A stretch of 64,000 nucleotides of DNA, taken from assembly GCA_050287265.1 (NCBI GenBank), contig JBNKBO010000004.1, positions 4,631 through 68,630 of the forward strand, in the 5' to 3' direction. Shown here in pieces: positions 10,255-20,105 of this stretch (position 1 is its first letter; each line of letters starts with the position of its first letter). The notes under the pieces were generated by a model. The model saw only the letters and a list, made by a program, of their open reading frames with translations. It made no database searches and was not told the DNA's origin. A program made the translations under genes and the position numbers. The DNA is from Sideroxydans sp. GTDB taxonomy: Bacteria; Pseudomonadota; Gammaproteobacteria; Burkholderiales; Gallionellaceae.

Positions 10255-10310
10255 CACCTTGGTGACCCCGGCTACACCTGTACCTGCGTATCAAACCGGC
10301 AACCCTTAGG
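10255..10310 (-). ncRNA. Candidate cis-regulatory RNA (riboswitch-like hairpin) in the operon leader
   Basis: Minus strand AGGGTTG-CCGGTT-TGATACGCAGGTACAGGTGT-AGCCGG-GGTCACC: CCGGUU pairs with AGCCGG around an inner UAC/GUA hairpin. Resemblance to the DUF1646 (Na+) riboswitch is from memory and unverified. Confidence 0.45.
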
Positions 10311-10337
10311 ATAGCCTGAAAACAAGAAATCCGTCAA
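10308..10337 (-). promoter_or_regulatory. Putative sigma70 promoter of the transglutaminase/ATP-grasp operon
   Basis: TTGACG (10337-10332), 18-nt spacer, TATCCT (10313-10308). Confidence 0.45.
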
Positions 10338-10653
10338 AAGACCCTGTGGGAAAATTGCCAAAAGCCCCCATAAAATCCATAACATATCATTGTTCTCATC
10401 AAGGTGAATATTCGGGATATTCACGAGCGAGTATGATCAACGGTTTCCTCTGCAGTTCCATCTGGGCAATTTTTTGTCAGTTGCTTCGATGGTTGACAGG
10501 CTGGAGTACAACTGAATAAGCAAGGTTCTCAAGATGTTATTTCAACAATCTTTCAGAATTATGACAAACCGCAGACTATACCTGATGTTTTTCATCGGGT
10601 ATGTTGAAAAATAACGTATCATTAGGACGTTGGACGATAAGGCCAGCTTGATC

Positions 10654-11241
10654 ATGACCATACCAGAACAAAAACAGACACTCAGGCAACGCATCATCGC
10701 CACCCGCGATAAATTGCCCGCATCCGAACGCTTGCGGCTTAGCCATGCTGTAATCAAATCTGTGTGCAATCTGAATTCCTATCAGTCAGCCCATACCGTG
10801 CTGGGCTATCTGAATTTTGGATCGGAGCTGGCCTCCGAACTCTGGGTGCAACAGGCATTCGCAGACGGCAAGCGAGTTTTGTTGCCGCGCGTCAACCGTG
10901 CCGGCAATCACCTGGATCTATATCAGGTGCACGACCTGCACCACGACGTGGCACCCGGTTCATGGGGGATACGCGAACCAGTCGCTGAGCGCTGCATCAA
11001 AGAAGATGCGCCGGGTACGGTGGATTTCATCCTGCTGCCCGGTGTGGCCTTCACCCTCGAGGGTACGCGCCTGGGTTACGGCGGCGGCTATTACGACAAG
11101 CTGCTGGCACGCATGCCGCATCGACCGGCCTTGGTCGCCGGGGCATTTTCGCTACAGGTGATACAAGAGATTCCGCAAGAAAAAACCGACCGCAAAGTGG
11201 AATGGCTGGTGACTGAAGACGGAACAACACGTTGCAACTGA
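10654..11241 (+). CDS. ygfA: 5-formyltetrahydrofolate cyclo-ligase
   Basis: KQTLRQRI, VLLPRV, WGIREP, PGVAFT, RLGYGGGYYDKLL. Confidence 0.92.
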   Translation: MTIPEQKQTLRQRIIATRDKLPASERLRLSHAVIKSVCNLNSYQSAHTVLGYLNFGSELASELWVQQAFADGKRVLLPRVNRAGNHLDLYQVHDLHHDVAPGSWGIREPVAERCIKEDAPGTVDFILLPGVAFTLEGTRLGYGGGYYDKLLARMPHRPALVAGAFSLQVIQEIPQEKTDRKVEWLVTEDGTTRCN

Positions 11242-11254
11242 AGGAGGGGAAACA

Positions 11255-13921
11255 ATGGCAACACTGCAGCCAGATAACGATCCGCAGGAAACGCAGGAAT
11301 GGCTGGACTCGCTCCAATCCGTGCTGGACAAGGAAGGCGCGGAACGCGCCCATTTCCTGCTCGATCAACTGATCCACCATGCGCGTCTGGCCGGCGACGA
11401 CATGCCGATCAGCGCCACCACGCCCTACATCAACACCATCCCGCTGGAAAAGGAAGAGCGTTCACCCGGCAACAAGGAACTGGAACACCGTATCCGCGCG
11501 CTGATGCGCTGGAATGCGATGGCCATCGTGGCCAGTACGAACAAAGAGTCTTCTGAACTGGGCGGCCATATCGCCAGCTTCGCCTCGGCAGCGACTTTGT
11601 ACGATGTCGGCTTCAATCATTTTTTCCACGGCAAGACCGACGATCACGGCGGCGATCTCGTGTTTTTCCAGGGTCACTCCTCGCCCGGCATCTATGCGCG
11701 TGCTTTCCTCGAAGGACGCATCAGCGAAGAACAATTGCGCAAGTTCCGCCAGGAAGTGGACGGCGACGGTCTCTCCTCCTACCCGCATCCGTGGCTGATG
11801 CCGAACTTCTGGCAGTTCCCCACGGTATCCATGGGCTTGGGCCCGCTGATGGCGATCTACCAGGCGCGCTTTATGCGCTATTTGCAACACCGCGAACTCG
11901 CACAAACCAACGGCCGCAAAGTGTGGGCCTTCCTCGGTGACGGCGAAACCGACGAGCCGGAATCGCTGGGCGCGATCTCCATGGCCGGACGCGAAGGGCT
12001 GGATAACCTGGTTTTCGTCATCAACTGCAACCTGCAACGTCTGGACGGCCCGGTGCGCGGCAACGGCAAGATCATCCAGGAACTGGAAGGCGTATTCCGC
12101 GGCGCAGGCTGGAACGTGATCAAGCTGATCTGGGGCGGGCGCTGGGATCGCCTGCTGGCCAAGGACAAGCGCGGCCTGTTGCTGAAACGTATGGAAGAAG
12201 TGGTCGACGGCGAATACCAGAATTACAAGGCCAAGGACGGTGCTTTCGTGCGTAGGGAATTTTTCGGCAAATATCCCGAACTGCTGGAACTGGTCGCCGA
12301 CATGTCAGACAGTGAGATCTGGCACCTGAATCGCGGCGGTCACGACCCACTCAAAGTGTTCGCGGCCTATGCCGCGGCCAGCAAGCACAAGGGGCAACCG
12401 ACTGTGATCCTCGCCAAGACCGTGAAAGGTTACGGCATGGGCGCCTCCGGCGAAGCGCAAAACCCGACGCACCAGCAGAAAAAAATGGATGAGGAGTCGC
12501 TGCGCAAATTCCGCGACCGCTTCAACATTCCCGTCACGGACGAACAATTGCCCAACCTCCCGTTCGTGCGCCCTGCCGAAGACAGTCAGGAAATGAAATA
12601 TCTGCGCGAACGCGCGGTGGCCATGGGCTCCCTCCCGGCACGCAATCCCCTCGCCCTGTGTTTGCAGGTGCCCGACCTGTCGGCTTTCGAGACCCTGCTG
12701 AAAGACAGCGAAGGCCGCGAATTCTCCACCACCATGGCGTTCGTGCGCCTGCTCGGCGTATTGGTGAAAGACAAAAACATCGGCAAACAGATCGTACCCA
12801 TTGTGCCGGACGAATCGCGCACCTTCGGCATGGAAGGCATGTTCCGTCAGCTCGGCATTTTCTCGCAGGTCGGCCAGTTGTACACGCCGCAGGATTCCGA
12901 ACAGCTCATGTTCTACAAGGAATCCGAGACCGGGCAGATCCTGCAGGAAGGCATCAACGAAGCTGGCGGCATGGCCGACTGGATGGCTGCTGCAACTTCC
13001 TACGCCAACCACGGCGTGGCGATGGTTCCGTTCTATATCTACTACTCAATGTTCGGCTTCCAGCGCGTCGGCGATCTGGTCTATGCGGCGGGCGACATGC
13101 GTGCGCGCGGTTTTCTCGTCGGCGGCACTGCGGGCCGCACCACACTCAACGGCGAAGGACTGCAACACCAGGACGGTCATAGTCACGTGGTGGCTGCAAC
13201 CATCCCCAACTGCGTGTCCTACGACCCGGCCTTTGCCTACGAACTGGCAGTGATCGTGCATGACGGCATGCGCCGCATGTACCAGGAGCAGGAAGATGTG
13301 TTCTATTACCTCACCGTCATGAACGAAAACTATGCCCATCCTGGCATGCCGAAAGGTGCCGAGGAAGGCATCGTCAAGGGTATGTATAGATTCAGTGAAG
13401 GGGGAAGGGGGAAGAGGGAAGAGAAAAAAACCAAAGTGCAATTGCTGGGTAGTGGGACAATTTTGCGCGAGGTGATCGCTGCGGCCGAGTTGCTGGAAAA
13501 GGATTTCAATGTCGCGGCCGACGTATGGAGTGTGACCAGTTTCAACGAACTGCGCCGCGACGGCATAGCCTGCGAGCGCTGGAATACCCTGCACCCGGAA
13601 GAAAAACCGCGTGTGAGTTATGTCGAGCAATGCATGGACGGCAAGACACCGGTGATTGCCGCGACCGACTACATCCGCGCCTATGCCGACCAGATCCGTC
13701 CCTTCGTCAAAGCGAATTACAAAACGCTGGGCACGGACGGTTTCGGACGCTCGGACACGCGCAAAAAACTGCGCCATTTCTTCGAGGTGGATCGCTACTA
13801 CGTCGCCGTAACCGCGTTGAAGGCGTTGGCAGATGAAGGCGCCATCCCGGCGAGCGAAGTAAGCAAAGCGATCAAGTTATACAAGATCAACCCGGACAAA
13901 CCGAATCCCACCACGGTGTGA
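11255..13921 (+). CDS. aceE: Pyruvate dehydrogenase E1 (homodimeric type)
   Basis: GGHIASFAS, QFPTVSMGLGP, GDGETDEPES TPP motif, GEGLQHQDG. Confidence 0.98.
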   Translation: MATLQPDNDPQETQEWLDSLQSVLDKEGAERAHFLLDQLIHHARLAGDDMPISATTPYINTIPLEKEERSPGNKELEHRIRALMRWNAMAIVASTNKESSELGGHIASFASAATLYDVGFNHFFHGKTDDHGGDLVFFQGHSSPGIYARAFLEGRISEEQLRKFRQEVDGDGLSSYPHPWLMPNFWQFPTVSMGLGPLMAIYQARFMRYLQHRELAQTNGRKVWAFLGDGETDEPESLGAISMAGREGLDNLVFVINCNLQRLDGPVRGNGKIIQELEGVFRGAGWNVIKLIWGGRWDRLLAKDKRGLLLKRMEEVVDGEYQNYKAKDGAFVRREFFGKYPELLELVADMSDSEIWHLNRGGHDPLKVFAAYAAASKHKGQPTVILAKTVKGYGMGASGEAQNPTHQQKKMDEESLRKFRDRFNIPVTDEQLPNLPFVRPAEDSQEMKYLRERAVAMGSLPARNPLALCLQVPDLSAFETLLKDSEGREFSTTMAFVRLLGVLVKDKNIGKQIVPIVPDESRTFGMEGMFRQLGIFSQVGQLYTPQDSEQLMFYKESETGQILQEGINEAGGMADWMAAATSYANHGVAMVPFYIYYSMFGFQRVGDLVYAAGDMRARGFLVGGTAGRTTLNGEGLQHQDGHSHVVAATIPNCVSYDPAFAYELAVIVHDGMRRMYQEQEDVFYYLTVMNENYAHPGMPKGAEEGIVKGMYRFSEGGRGKREEKKTKVQLLGSGTILREVIAAAELLEKDFNVAADVWSVTSFNELRRDGIACERWNTLHPEEKPRVSYVEQCMDGKTPVIAATDYIRAYADQIRPFVKANYKTLGTDGFGRSDTRKKLRHFFEVDRYYVAVTALKALADEGAIPASEVSKAIKLYKINPDKPNPTTV

Positions 13922-13935
13922 TCGAGGAGAACGAC

Positions 13936-15249
13936 GTGGCAGAAATCAAGAACGTACTGGTGCCGGACATCGGCGATTTCAAGGATGTGCGCATCATCGA
14001 AGTGTCGGTGAAGCCCGGCGACAGTGTGGCCGCAGAACAGGCGCTGATCTCGCTGGAAACGGACAAGGCGACCATTGACGTGCCCGCGCCGTTTGCGGGC
14101 GTGGTGAAGGAAGTGAAAGTCAAGGTCGGCGACAAAGTGTCGGAAGGGGCGCTGATCGTCACTATCGAAGCGAGCGGTGAAACAGCTTCGCAAATCCCCC
14201 CTACCCCCCCTTTGCAAAAGGGGGGGATGGAAGCAGCTCACGCAACAATGGCCACTGCCCCCCAATCCCTTCAACCCTCCGCCCCAGTTCCCCCCTTGAT
14301 AAAAGGGGGGCCAAGGGGGATTTCAATTCCTGATCAAGCACAAGGAGTAGCAGCCCACGCCAGTCCTTCCATCCGTCGCTTCGCGCGCGAATTGGGCGTG
14401 GATCTGACCAGGGTCGGTGGCAGCGGTGAAAAAGGCCGCGTTACCAAAGACGATGTACAGAATTTCGTCAAGCAGGCGCTGGCGGGCAGTGCCACCACCG
14501 GCGGTGGAATGCCCGGCCTGCTGCCGTGGCCAGACGTGGATTTTTCCAAATTCGGTGAAGTGGAAAGCAAACCTCTGTCGCGCATCAAGAAAATCTCCGG
14601 CGCCAACCTGCACCGCAACTGGGTGATGATCCCGCATGTAACGCAATTCGAGGAAGCCGACATCAGCGAACTGGAAGCCTTCCGCAAGGAACTGGGCGCG
14701 GAGCATGCAAAAGAGAATATCAAGATCACGTTGCTGGCTTTTCTGCTCAAAGCCTGCGCAATCGCGCTCAGGCAGTTCCCCGATTTCAACGTTTCACTGG
14801 ATGCCAGCGGCGAAAATCTGATCGTAAAGAAATATGTCCACGTCGGCGTCGCGGTGGACACACCGGAGGGCCTGATGGTGCCGGTGATACGCGACGTGGA
14901 CCAGAAAGGCATTGTGCAGTTAGCCAAAGAACTGGGCGAAGTCAGCCAGAAGGCACGTGACAAAAAACTTCCCGCCACCGGCATGCAGGGCGGCTGTTTC
15001 ACCATCTCCAGCCTGGGCGGCATCGGTGGCACCTGTTTCACGCCCATCATCAACGCACCCGAAGTCGCCATCCTCGGCGTGTCGCGCGCCACAATGAAGC
15101 CAATGTGGAAAAACGGCGAATTTGTACCACGCCTGATGCTGCCGCTATCGCTGACCTACGACCACCGCGTGATCGACGGCGCAGCCGGGGCGCGTTTCGC
15201 CGTTTACCTCGCCCAGGTGCTATCCGATATGCGCCAGCTCGCACTGTAG
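13936..15249 (+). CDS. aceF: Dihydrolipoamide acetyltransferase E2 (single lipoyl domain)
   Basis: LETDKAT lipoyl Lys, ASPSIRRFARELGVDL E3-binding domain, DHRVIDGA. GTG 13936 follows a GAGGAG SD. Confidence 0.96.
   Translation: MAEIKNVLVPDIGDFKDVRIIEVSVKPGDSVAAEQALISLETDKATIDVPAPFAGVVKEVKVKVGDKVSEGALIVTIEASGETASQIPPTPPLQKGGMEAAHATMATAPQSLQPSAPVPPLIKGGPRGISIPDQAQGVAAHASPSIRRFARELGVDLTRVGGSGEKGRVTKDDVQNFVKQALAGSATTGGGMPGLLPWPDVDFSKFGEVESKPLSRIKKISGANLHRNWVMIPHVTQFEEADISELEAFRKELGAEHAKENIKITLLAFLLKACAIALRQFPDFNVSLDASGENLIVKKYVHVGVAVDTPEGLMVPVIRDVDQKGIVQLAKELGEVSQKARDKKLPATGMQGGCFTISSLGGIGGTCFTPIINAPEVAILGVSRATMKPMWKNGEFVPRLMLPLSLTYDHRVIDGAAGARFAVYLAQVLSDMRQLAL
14194..14322. repeat. Inverted pair of palindromic REP-like units inside the aceF linker
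   Basis: CCCCCCCTTT-gca-AAAGGGGGGG (14204-14226) and CCCCCCTT-gataa-AAGGGGGG (14290-14310). The second unit with its flank is a degenerate reverse complement of the first. Confidence 0.75.
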
Positions 15250-15404
15250 GTTATTATCTCGGAAATAGTATTCATCGTTGCCAGCGGTCAAGCACAATAA
15301 CAGCCGTGCAACGGACTACCAGAACACGAATAACGCAAGTTCCGGCAAAGACTTACCATCAGGTTATGTCATCGCCGCATAACTTGCAGGCAGGCAGGGA
15401 GAGA

Positions 15405-16103
15405 GTGAACGCGAAACGCAACAAACTGGCCACGCAACAGGTTGTTCGCCCGATTGGCATTCTGGGCGGCACGTTCGACCCCATCCACCATGGACATTTG
15501 CGCATCGCGCAGGAAGCACTGGAACAGTGCGGCCTCGAACAAGTGCGCTTCGTACCCTGTGGCACACCCCCGCACCGCCCGGCACCGCACGCCGAGGCAA
15601 AAGCCCGCTGGAAAATGGTGCGTCTGGCCCTGACCGGTCACCCCGATTTTCTGGTCGATGTGCATGAAATATTCCGCACCGATCCCTGTTATACGGTGGA
15701 CACGCTCACTGCACTGCGCGCCCAATTTGGCGCACAACGACCGTTATGCCTCATTCTCGGCGGCGATGCCTTTATGCAATTACACACCTGGCACGAGTGG
15801 AAGCGCCTGTTCGCCCTGGCGCATATCGTCGTATTGCAACGCGCCGGTGGGCCACCGCTGGGTAATGCAATGAAAGAAGCCGATGCCGCACTGCAAGCCG
15901 AATATCAGGCACGTCTTGCCCCCGGCGCAGGCGTGCTGCACGAAACGCCCGCCGGCACGATTTTCGTCGCCGACATGCCCGCGCTGGAAATCTCCTCCAC
16001 CGAAATCCGCCGCCGCAATGCTGAAAATAAAAACATCCGTTACCTGCTTCCGGATGCCGTCGTCAATTACATCAATACCAACTCACTCTACCGTACATGC
16101 TAA
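15405..16103 (+). CDS. nadD: Nicotinate-nucleotide adenylyltransferase
   Basis: GILGGTFDPIHHGH, PPHR, ILGGDA, ISSTEIR. Start set at GTG 15405. Confidence 0.95.
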   Translation: MNAKRNKLATQQVVRPIGILGGTFDPIHHGHLRIAQEALEQCGLEQVRFVPCGTPPHRPAPHAEAKARWKMVRLALTGHPDFLVDVHEIFRTDPCYTVDTLTALRAQFGAQRPLCLILGGDAFMQLHTWHEWKRLFALAHIVVLQRAGGPPLGNAMKEADAALQAEYQARLAPGAGVLHETPAGTIFVADMPALEISSTEIRRRNAENKNIRYLLPDAVVNYINTNSLYRTC

Positions 16104-16456
16104 ATACAAAAGAAAAGACACAAGCCATTGTTTCCGCACTTGAAGACGTCAAAGCTCAGGATATCAATGTTATCGACACCAGCAATCTCAGCCCCCTGTT
16201 CGAATGCATGATTATCGCCAGCGCACAGTCCACCCGACAAACCAAAGCACTGGCCAACAGCGTGGTGGTCAAACTCAAAGAACTCGGCGAGACGGTACAC
16301 GGCACCGAAGGCGAAAACAGCGGTGAATGGGTACTGGTCGACCTGGGCGAAGTGATCGTGCACATCATGCAACCCGCAGTGCGCGCCTACTACAATCTCG
16401 AAGAATTGTGGGATGCGCGACCACCGGCACGAATAGTCGCCAACGCAAAAAAATGA
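16097..16456 (+). CDS. rsfS: Ribosome silencing factor
   Basis: [33 protein letters not shown]. Canonical nadD-rsfS-rlmH order. Confidence 0.95.
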   Translation: MLNTKEKTQAIVSALEDVKAQDINVIDTSNLSPLFECMIIASAQSTRQTKALANSVVVKLKELGETVHGTEGENSGEWVLVDLGEVIVHIMQPAVRAYYNLEELWDARPPARIVANAKK

Positions 16457-16923
16457 AGTATTTCGTGATCTCCGTCGGCAACAAAATGCCGGACTGGATC
16501 ACGTCCGGTTTCAACGAATACACAAAGCGCATGTCGCGTGAGGCAGCGATTTCACTGATCGAGATCAAGCCGGAACCGCGCAACAGCGGCAAGACCGCCA
16601 TGCAGATCACGGAGTCCGAGGCGCAGCGCATCCGCGCTGCATTACCCGCCGGGGCAATGTGTATCGCGCTCGATGAACGCGGTGCAACGCCCACCACCAG
16701 ACAGCTTGCACAACAAATGCAGGACTGGATGCAACAGGGATGCGATGTTGCCTTCGTGATCGGCGGCGCGGACGGCCTGCATGAATCGATCAAACAGCAG
16801 GCACGGCAACAAATGGCACTATCCGCCCTCACCCTCCCGCATGGGATGGTACGCGTGCTGCTGGCCGAACAGTTATATCGGGCGCATTCGTTGCTGCACA
16901 ATCATCCGTATCATCGAGACTGA
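16453..16923 (+). CDS. rlmH: 23S rRNA m3-pseudouridine1915 methyltransferase
   Basis: [39 protein letters not shown]. Confidence 0.96.
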   Translation: MKYFVISVGNKMPDWITSGFNEYTKRMSREAAISLIEIKPEPRNSGKTAMQITESEAQRIRAALPAGAMCIALDERGATPTTRQLAQQMQDWMQQGCDVAFVIGGADGLHESIKQQARQQMALSALTLPHGMVRVLLAEQLYRAHSLLHNHPYHRD

Positions 16924-16926
16924 ATC

Positions 16927-17547
16927 ATGAGAACCAGGCACGATCACATCTACCTTGCCTCTCGCAGCCCACGCCGCCGCGAACTGCTCAAGCAGATGGG
17001 TGTGCATTTCGAAATGCTGTTGCTACGTAATGACCGGCGCCGAAACTTGCATGTTGACGAAACGCCGCACGAAGGCGAAGACCCGGCGGCCTATGTACAG
17101 CGCATTTGCTGCGACAAGGCACGTGCCGGTTGGGATACCGTGGTTTTTCGAAATCTGCCGCAATGCCCCGTTCTTGCGGCGGATACCACGGTAGCACTGG
17201 ACGGCAAAATCATCGGCAAACCTGACAACAACAAGCATGCCGCCGAAATTCTGCGTAAACTTTCGGGCACCAAACATCAGGTACTCACCGCAGTTGCAAT
17301 CGCCTACAGGGGTCGTCTTGAAATGCGCCTGTCCACAACCACCATCACCTTCGACAAGCTCAGCGCAGAACGCATCAACCGCTACCTGCTCACCAACGAA
17401 GCACACGACAAGGCCGGTGCATACGGTATTCAGGGACATGCCGGGGCATTCGTAAAACATATCGACGGCAGCTATACCGGCGTAATGGGACTGCCGCTGT
17501 ATGAGACGGTAGAATTACTGAAACTATTCGGATACCCCGCGCCATGA
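16927..17547 (+). CDS. maf: Maf family nucleotide pyrophosphatase (YhdE-like)
   Basis: LASRSPRRRELL, VLAADTTV, DKAGAYGIQG, YTGVMGLPL. Confidence 0.93.
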   Translation: MRTRHDHIYLASRSPRRRELLKQMGVHFEMLLLRNDRRRNLHVDETPHEGEDPAAYVQRICCDKARAGWDTVVFRNLPQCPVLAADTTVALDGKIIGKPDNNKHAAEILRKLSGTKHQVLTAVAIAYRGRLEMRLSTTTITFDKLSAERINRYLLTNEAHDKAGAYGIQGHAGAFVKHIDGSYTGVMGLPLYETVELLKLFGYPAP

Positions 17548-18998
17548 CAGAAGAGATTTTGATCAACGTCACCCCGCAGGAAACGCGCGTCGCAGTAATG
17601 CAGCAGGGCGCCGTACAGGAATTGCACATCGAACGCGGCAGCCAGCGCGGCCTGGTCAGCAACGTCTACGTCGGCAAGGTGAAGCGCGTATTGCCCGGCA
17701 TGCAGTCGGCCTTCATCGACATCGGGCTGGAACGCTCTGCTTTCCTGCATGTCGCCGACATCTGGGAAAACCAGCGAAACGGCGATCCCGCCAAACCCAT
17801 CGAAAAGCTGTTGTCTGAAGGTCAGAGCCTGCTGGTACAAGTCATCAAGGATCCCATCGGCTCCAAAGGCGCCCGTCTCTCCACGCAATTGAGTATTGCC
17901 GGCCGGTTGCTGGTTTACCTGCCACAGGAAGCGCATATCGGCATTTCGCAGCGTATCGAAAATGAAGATGATCGCGAAGCCTTGCGCATCAAACTTCAAC
18001 AGCTGCTGCCCGCCGAACACAAGGGCGGCTACATCATCCGCACCATGGCTGAAACCGCATCCGATGATGAGTTGCGCACCGATGTCGCGTATCTGAACAA
18101 GCTATGGAACAATCTGCAACAACAAGCGCAACTCATGGCACCTCCCTCCCTGCTGTACAAGGAACTGGATATCTGCCTGCGCGTGCTGCGCGATTTTGTA
18201 ACCGAAGAGACGACACGTATTTTCGTTGACTCGCGCGAGACATACGAACGGATGCTGGCATTTGCCAATGATTACATTGCAGCCGCCATCCCCAGGCTCG
18301 AGCACTACGTCGGTGCCCGCCCGCTGTTCGATCTGTACTGTGTGGAAGAAGAAATTGAGCGTGCGCTATCGCGCCGCGTCAACCTTAAATCGGGCGGCTA
18401 CCTCATTATCGATCAGACCGAGGCGCTTACCACCATCGATGTCAATACCGGCGGATTCGTCGGCGTGCGCAACTTTGATGACACCGTTTTCAAAACCAAC
18501 CTGGAAGCCGCGCAAGTCATTGCGCGGCAACTGCGCCTGCGCAACCTGGGCGGCATCATCATCTGCGACTTCATCGATATGGATACCGCAGAACACCGTG
18601 ACGCCGTGCTGGAAGAATTCGAAAAGATGCTGGCGCACGACCACACGCGCATCAGCGTAAACGGTTTTTCATCGCTGGGGCTGGTGGAAATGACGCGCAA
18701 ACGCACGCGAGAAAGCCTGGCGCATGTGCTGTGCGAACCCTGCCCCACCTGCCAGGGACGCGGCGAAGTGAAAACCGCCCAGACCGTGTGCTACGAAATC
18801 CTGCGCGAGATCGTGCGCGAAGCACGCCAGTTCAGCGCCCGCGAATACCGTATTCTCGCCTCACAACATGTCATCGACCTGTTCCTCGACGAAGAATCGC
18901 AAAGCCTCGCCATGCTGTCCGACTTCATCGGCAAACCGGTATCGCTGCAGGTGGAAACGCTGTATACGCAGGAACAGTACGACGTCATCCTGATGTAG
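17544..18998 (+). CDS. rng: Ribonuclease G
   Basis: S1 domain, SGGYLIIDQTEALTTIDVNTG, LRLRNLGGIIICDFIDM, CPTCQG. Confidence 0.96.
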   Translation: MTEEILINVTPQETRVAVMQQGAVQELHIERGSQRGLVSNVYVGKVKRVLPGMQSAFIDIGLERSAFLHVADIWENQRNGDPAKPIEKLLSEGQSLLVQVIKDPIGSKGARLSTQLSIAGRLLVYLPQEAHIGISQRIENEDDREALRIKLQQLLPAEHKGGYIIRTMAETASDDELRTDVAYLNKLWNNLQQQAQLMAPPSLLYKELDICLRVLRDFVTEETTRIFVDSRETYERMLAFANDYIAAAIPRLEHYVGARPLFDLYCVEEEIERALSRRVNLKSGGYLIIDQTEALTTIDVNTGGFVGVRNFDDTVFKTNLEAAQVIARQLRLRNLGGIIICDFIDMDTAEHRDAVLEEFEKMLAHDHTRISVNGFSSLGLVEMTRKRTRESLAHVLCEPCPTCQGRGEVKTAQTVCYEILREIVREARQFSAREYRILASQHVIDLFLDEESQSLAMLSDFIGKPVSLQVETLYTQEQYDVILM

Positions 18999-19015
18999 GA
19001 ATCGCACCGCACATC

Positions 19016-19672
19016 TCACACACGCACAAGAACGCTCTCCAGCGTGCGCCGCGACTTGGGCAGCCGCGCATTGAAGTCCTCCGTCGGATGGCGATAGCCG
19101 ATCGCCAGGACAACATGGCACTGATATCCACCCAGTTCTTTCTCGAACTCCCTGTTGACGAGTCCGATATCGATTCCTTCCATCGTCGTGGAATCGATCC
19201 TGAGCCTTGCCAATACATGCAGCGTGTTGCCAAGTGCCAGGTAAGTCTGGGCTTTGGTCCATACACTCGTGTCCCCGGTTTCATCCATGTTGACCTCGGC
19301 AAACACGAACGCCCCAAAAGCGTTTTCCCGCGCCTCAGACTTTATGCGTCCGTCCGCAATGGTCCGGTCAACGACTTCCGCGTAGTTTTCCCGTGTGTAG
19401 CGGGGATTATGCGCAAAAAGAATGATGTGCGAACTGTCGAAAATATGCGGCTGGTTGAATTGGTACGTACTGGTAAAAGTCTTGTGCATGCGCTCCTTGG
19501 CCCCATCTGTTTCAAGAACGACAAACTTCCATGGCTGCGAATTGATTGAAGACGGCGAGAGGCGCATTGCTTCGAAGAGGACATCAAGGTCTGCCTGCGC
19601 AACCTTTCTTGTCTTGTCGTATTTTTTCGTCGTATAGCGCCACTGCAAATCCTGGATAACGGGATGTGTCAT
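19016..19672 (-). CDS. Nitroreductase family protein (NfsB-like)
   Basis: RYTTKKYD, LSPSSINSQPWKF, STTMEGID, LPKSR. Confidence 0.9.
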   Translation of the reverse strand: MTHPVIQDLQWRYTTKKYDKTRKVAQADLDVLFEAMRLSPSSINSQPWKFVVLETDGAKERMHKTFTSTYQFNQPHIFDSSHIILFAHNPRYTRENYAEVVDRTIADGRIKSEARENAFGAFVFAEVNMDETGDTSVWTKAQTYLALGNTLHVLARLRIDSTTMEGIDIGLVNREFEKELGGYQCHVVLAIGYRHPTEDFNARLPKSRRTLESVLVRV

Positions 19673-19820
19673 GCTCGTTCCTTTTCATGTATTGATGAAG
19701 GAGTGACTATGATTGCAGATTTCATTTGAACAGGCACGCCGAATTAACGGCATTATGACCTACGTCTGGCCATATAGATTCCAGGGAAACCTGCGCCACT
19801 TTTCCGGTTGATTCGGTAAT

Positions 19821-20105
19821 TCAGTCCAGCAGACTCTCCGGCTCAACACGACTTCCCGTGATCGCCACAACCTTGTGACGCGATTGCCCTCCCTGCCTGA
19901 GTTCAACCTGGCGCAGAGGCACCTCGAAAATACCAGCAATGAATTTCAGCAGCGCCTCGTTGGCACGGCCTTCGATGGGCGGGGCAGCGAGGCGTATTTT
20001 TAAAGCTTCACCATGTAGTCCGGCCACACCGGAGGATTTTGCACCTGGCTGGACATGCAGTGTCAGCGAAAGCACATCGCCGTTGCGGCGATACCACACG
20101 CTCAT
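19821..20105 (-). CDS. yggU: DUF167 / YggU family protein
   Basis: LHVQPGAK, LKIRLAAPPIEGRANEAL, SRHKVV. ATG 20105 overlaps the yggT stop. Confidence 0.92.
   Translation of the reverse strand: MSVWYRRNGDVLSLTLHVQPGAKSSGVAGLHGEALKIRLAAPPIEGRANEALLKFIAGIFEVPLRQVELRQGGQSRHKVVAITGSRVEPESLLD

Noticed and set aside
10340-10650. Possible 6S RNA, which often precedes ygfA
   Set aside because: No long irregular hairpin or 6S-like sequence was recognisable by eye; a cmscan would settle it.
15250-15404. No lpdA after aceEF
   Set aside because: E3 is commonly shared from another locus, so its absence here is not informative without the whole genome.
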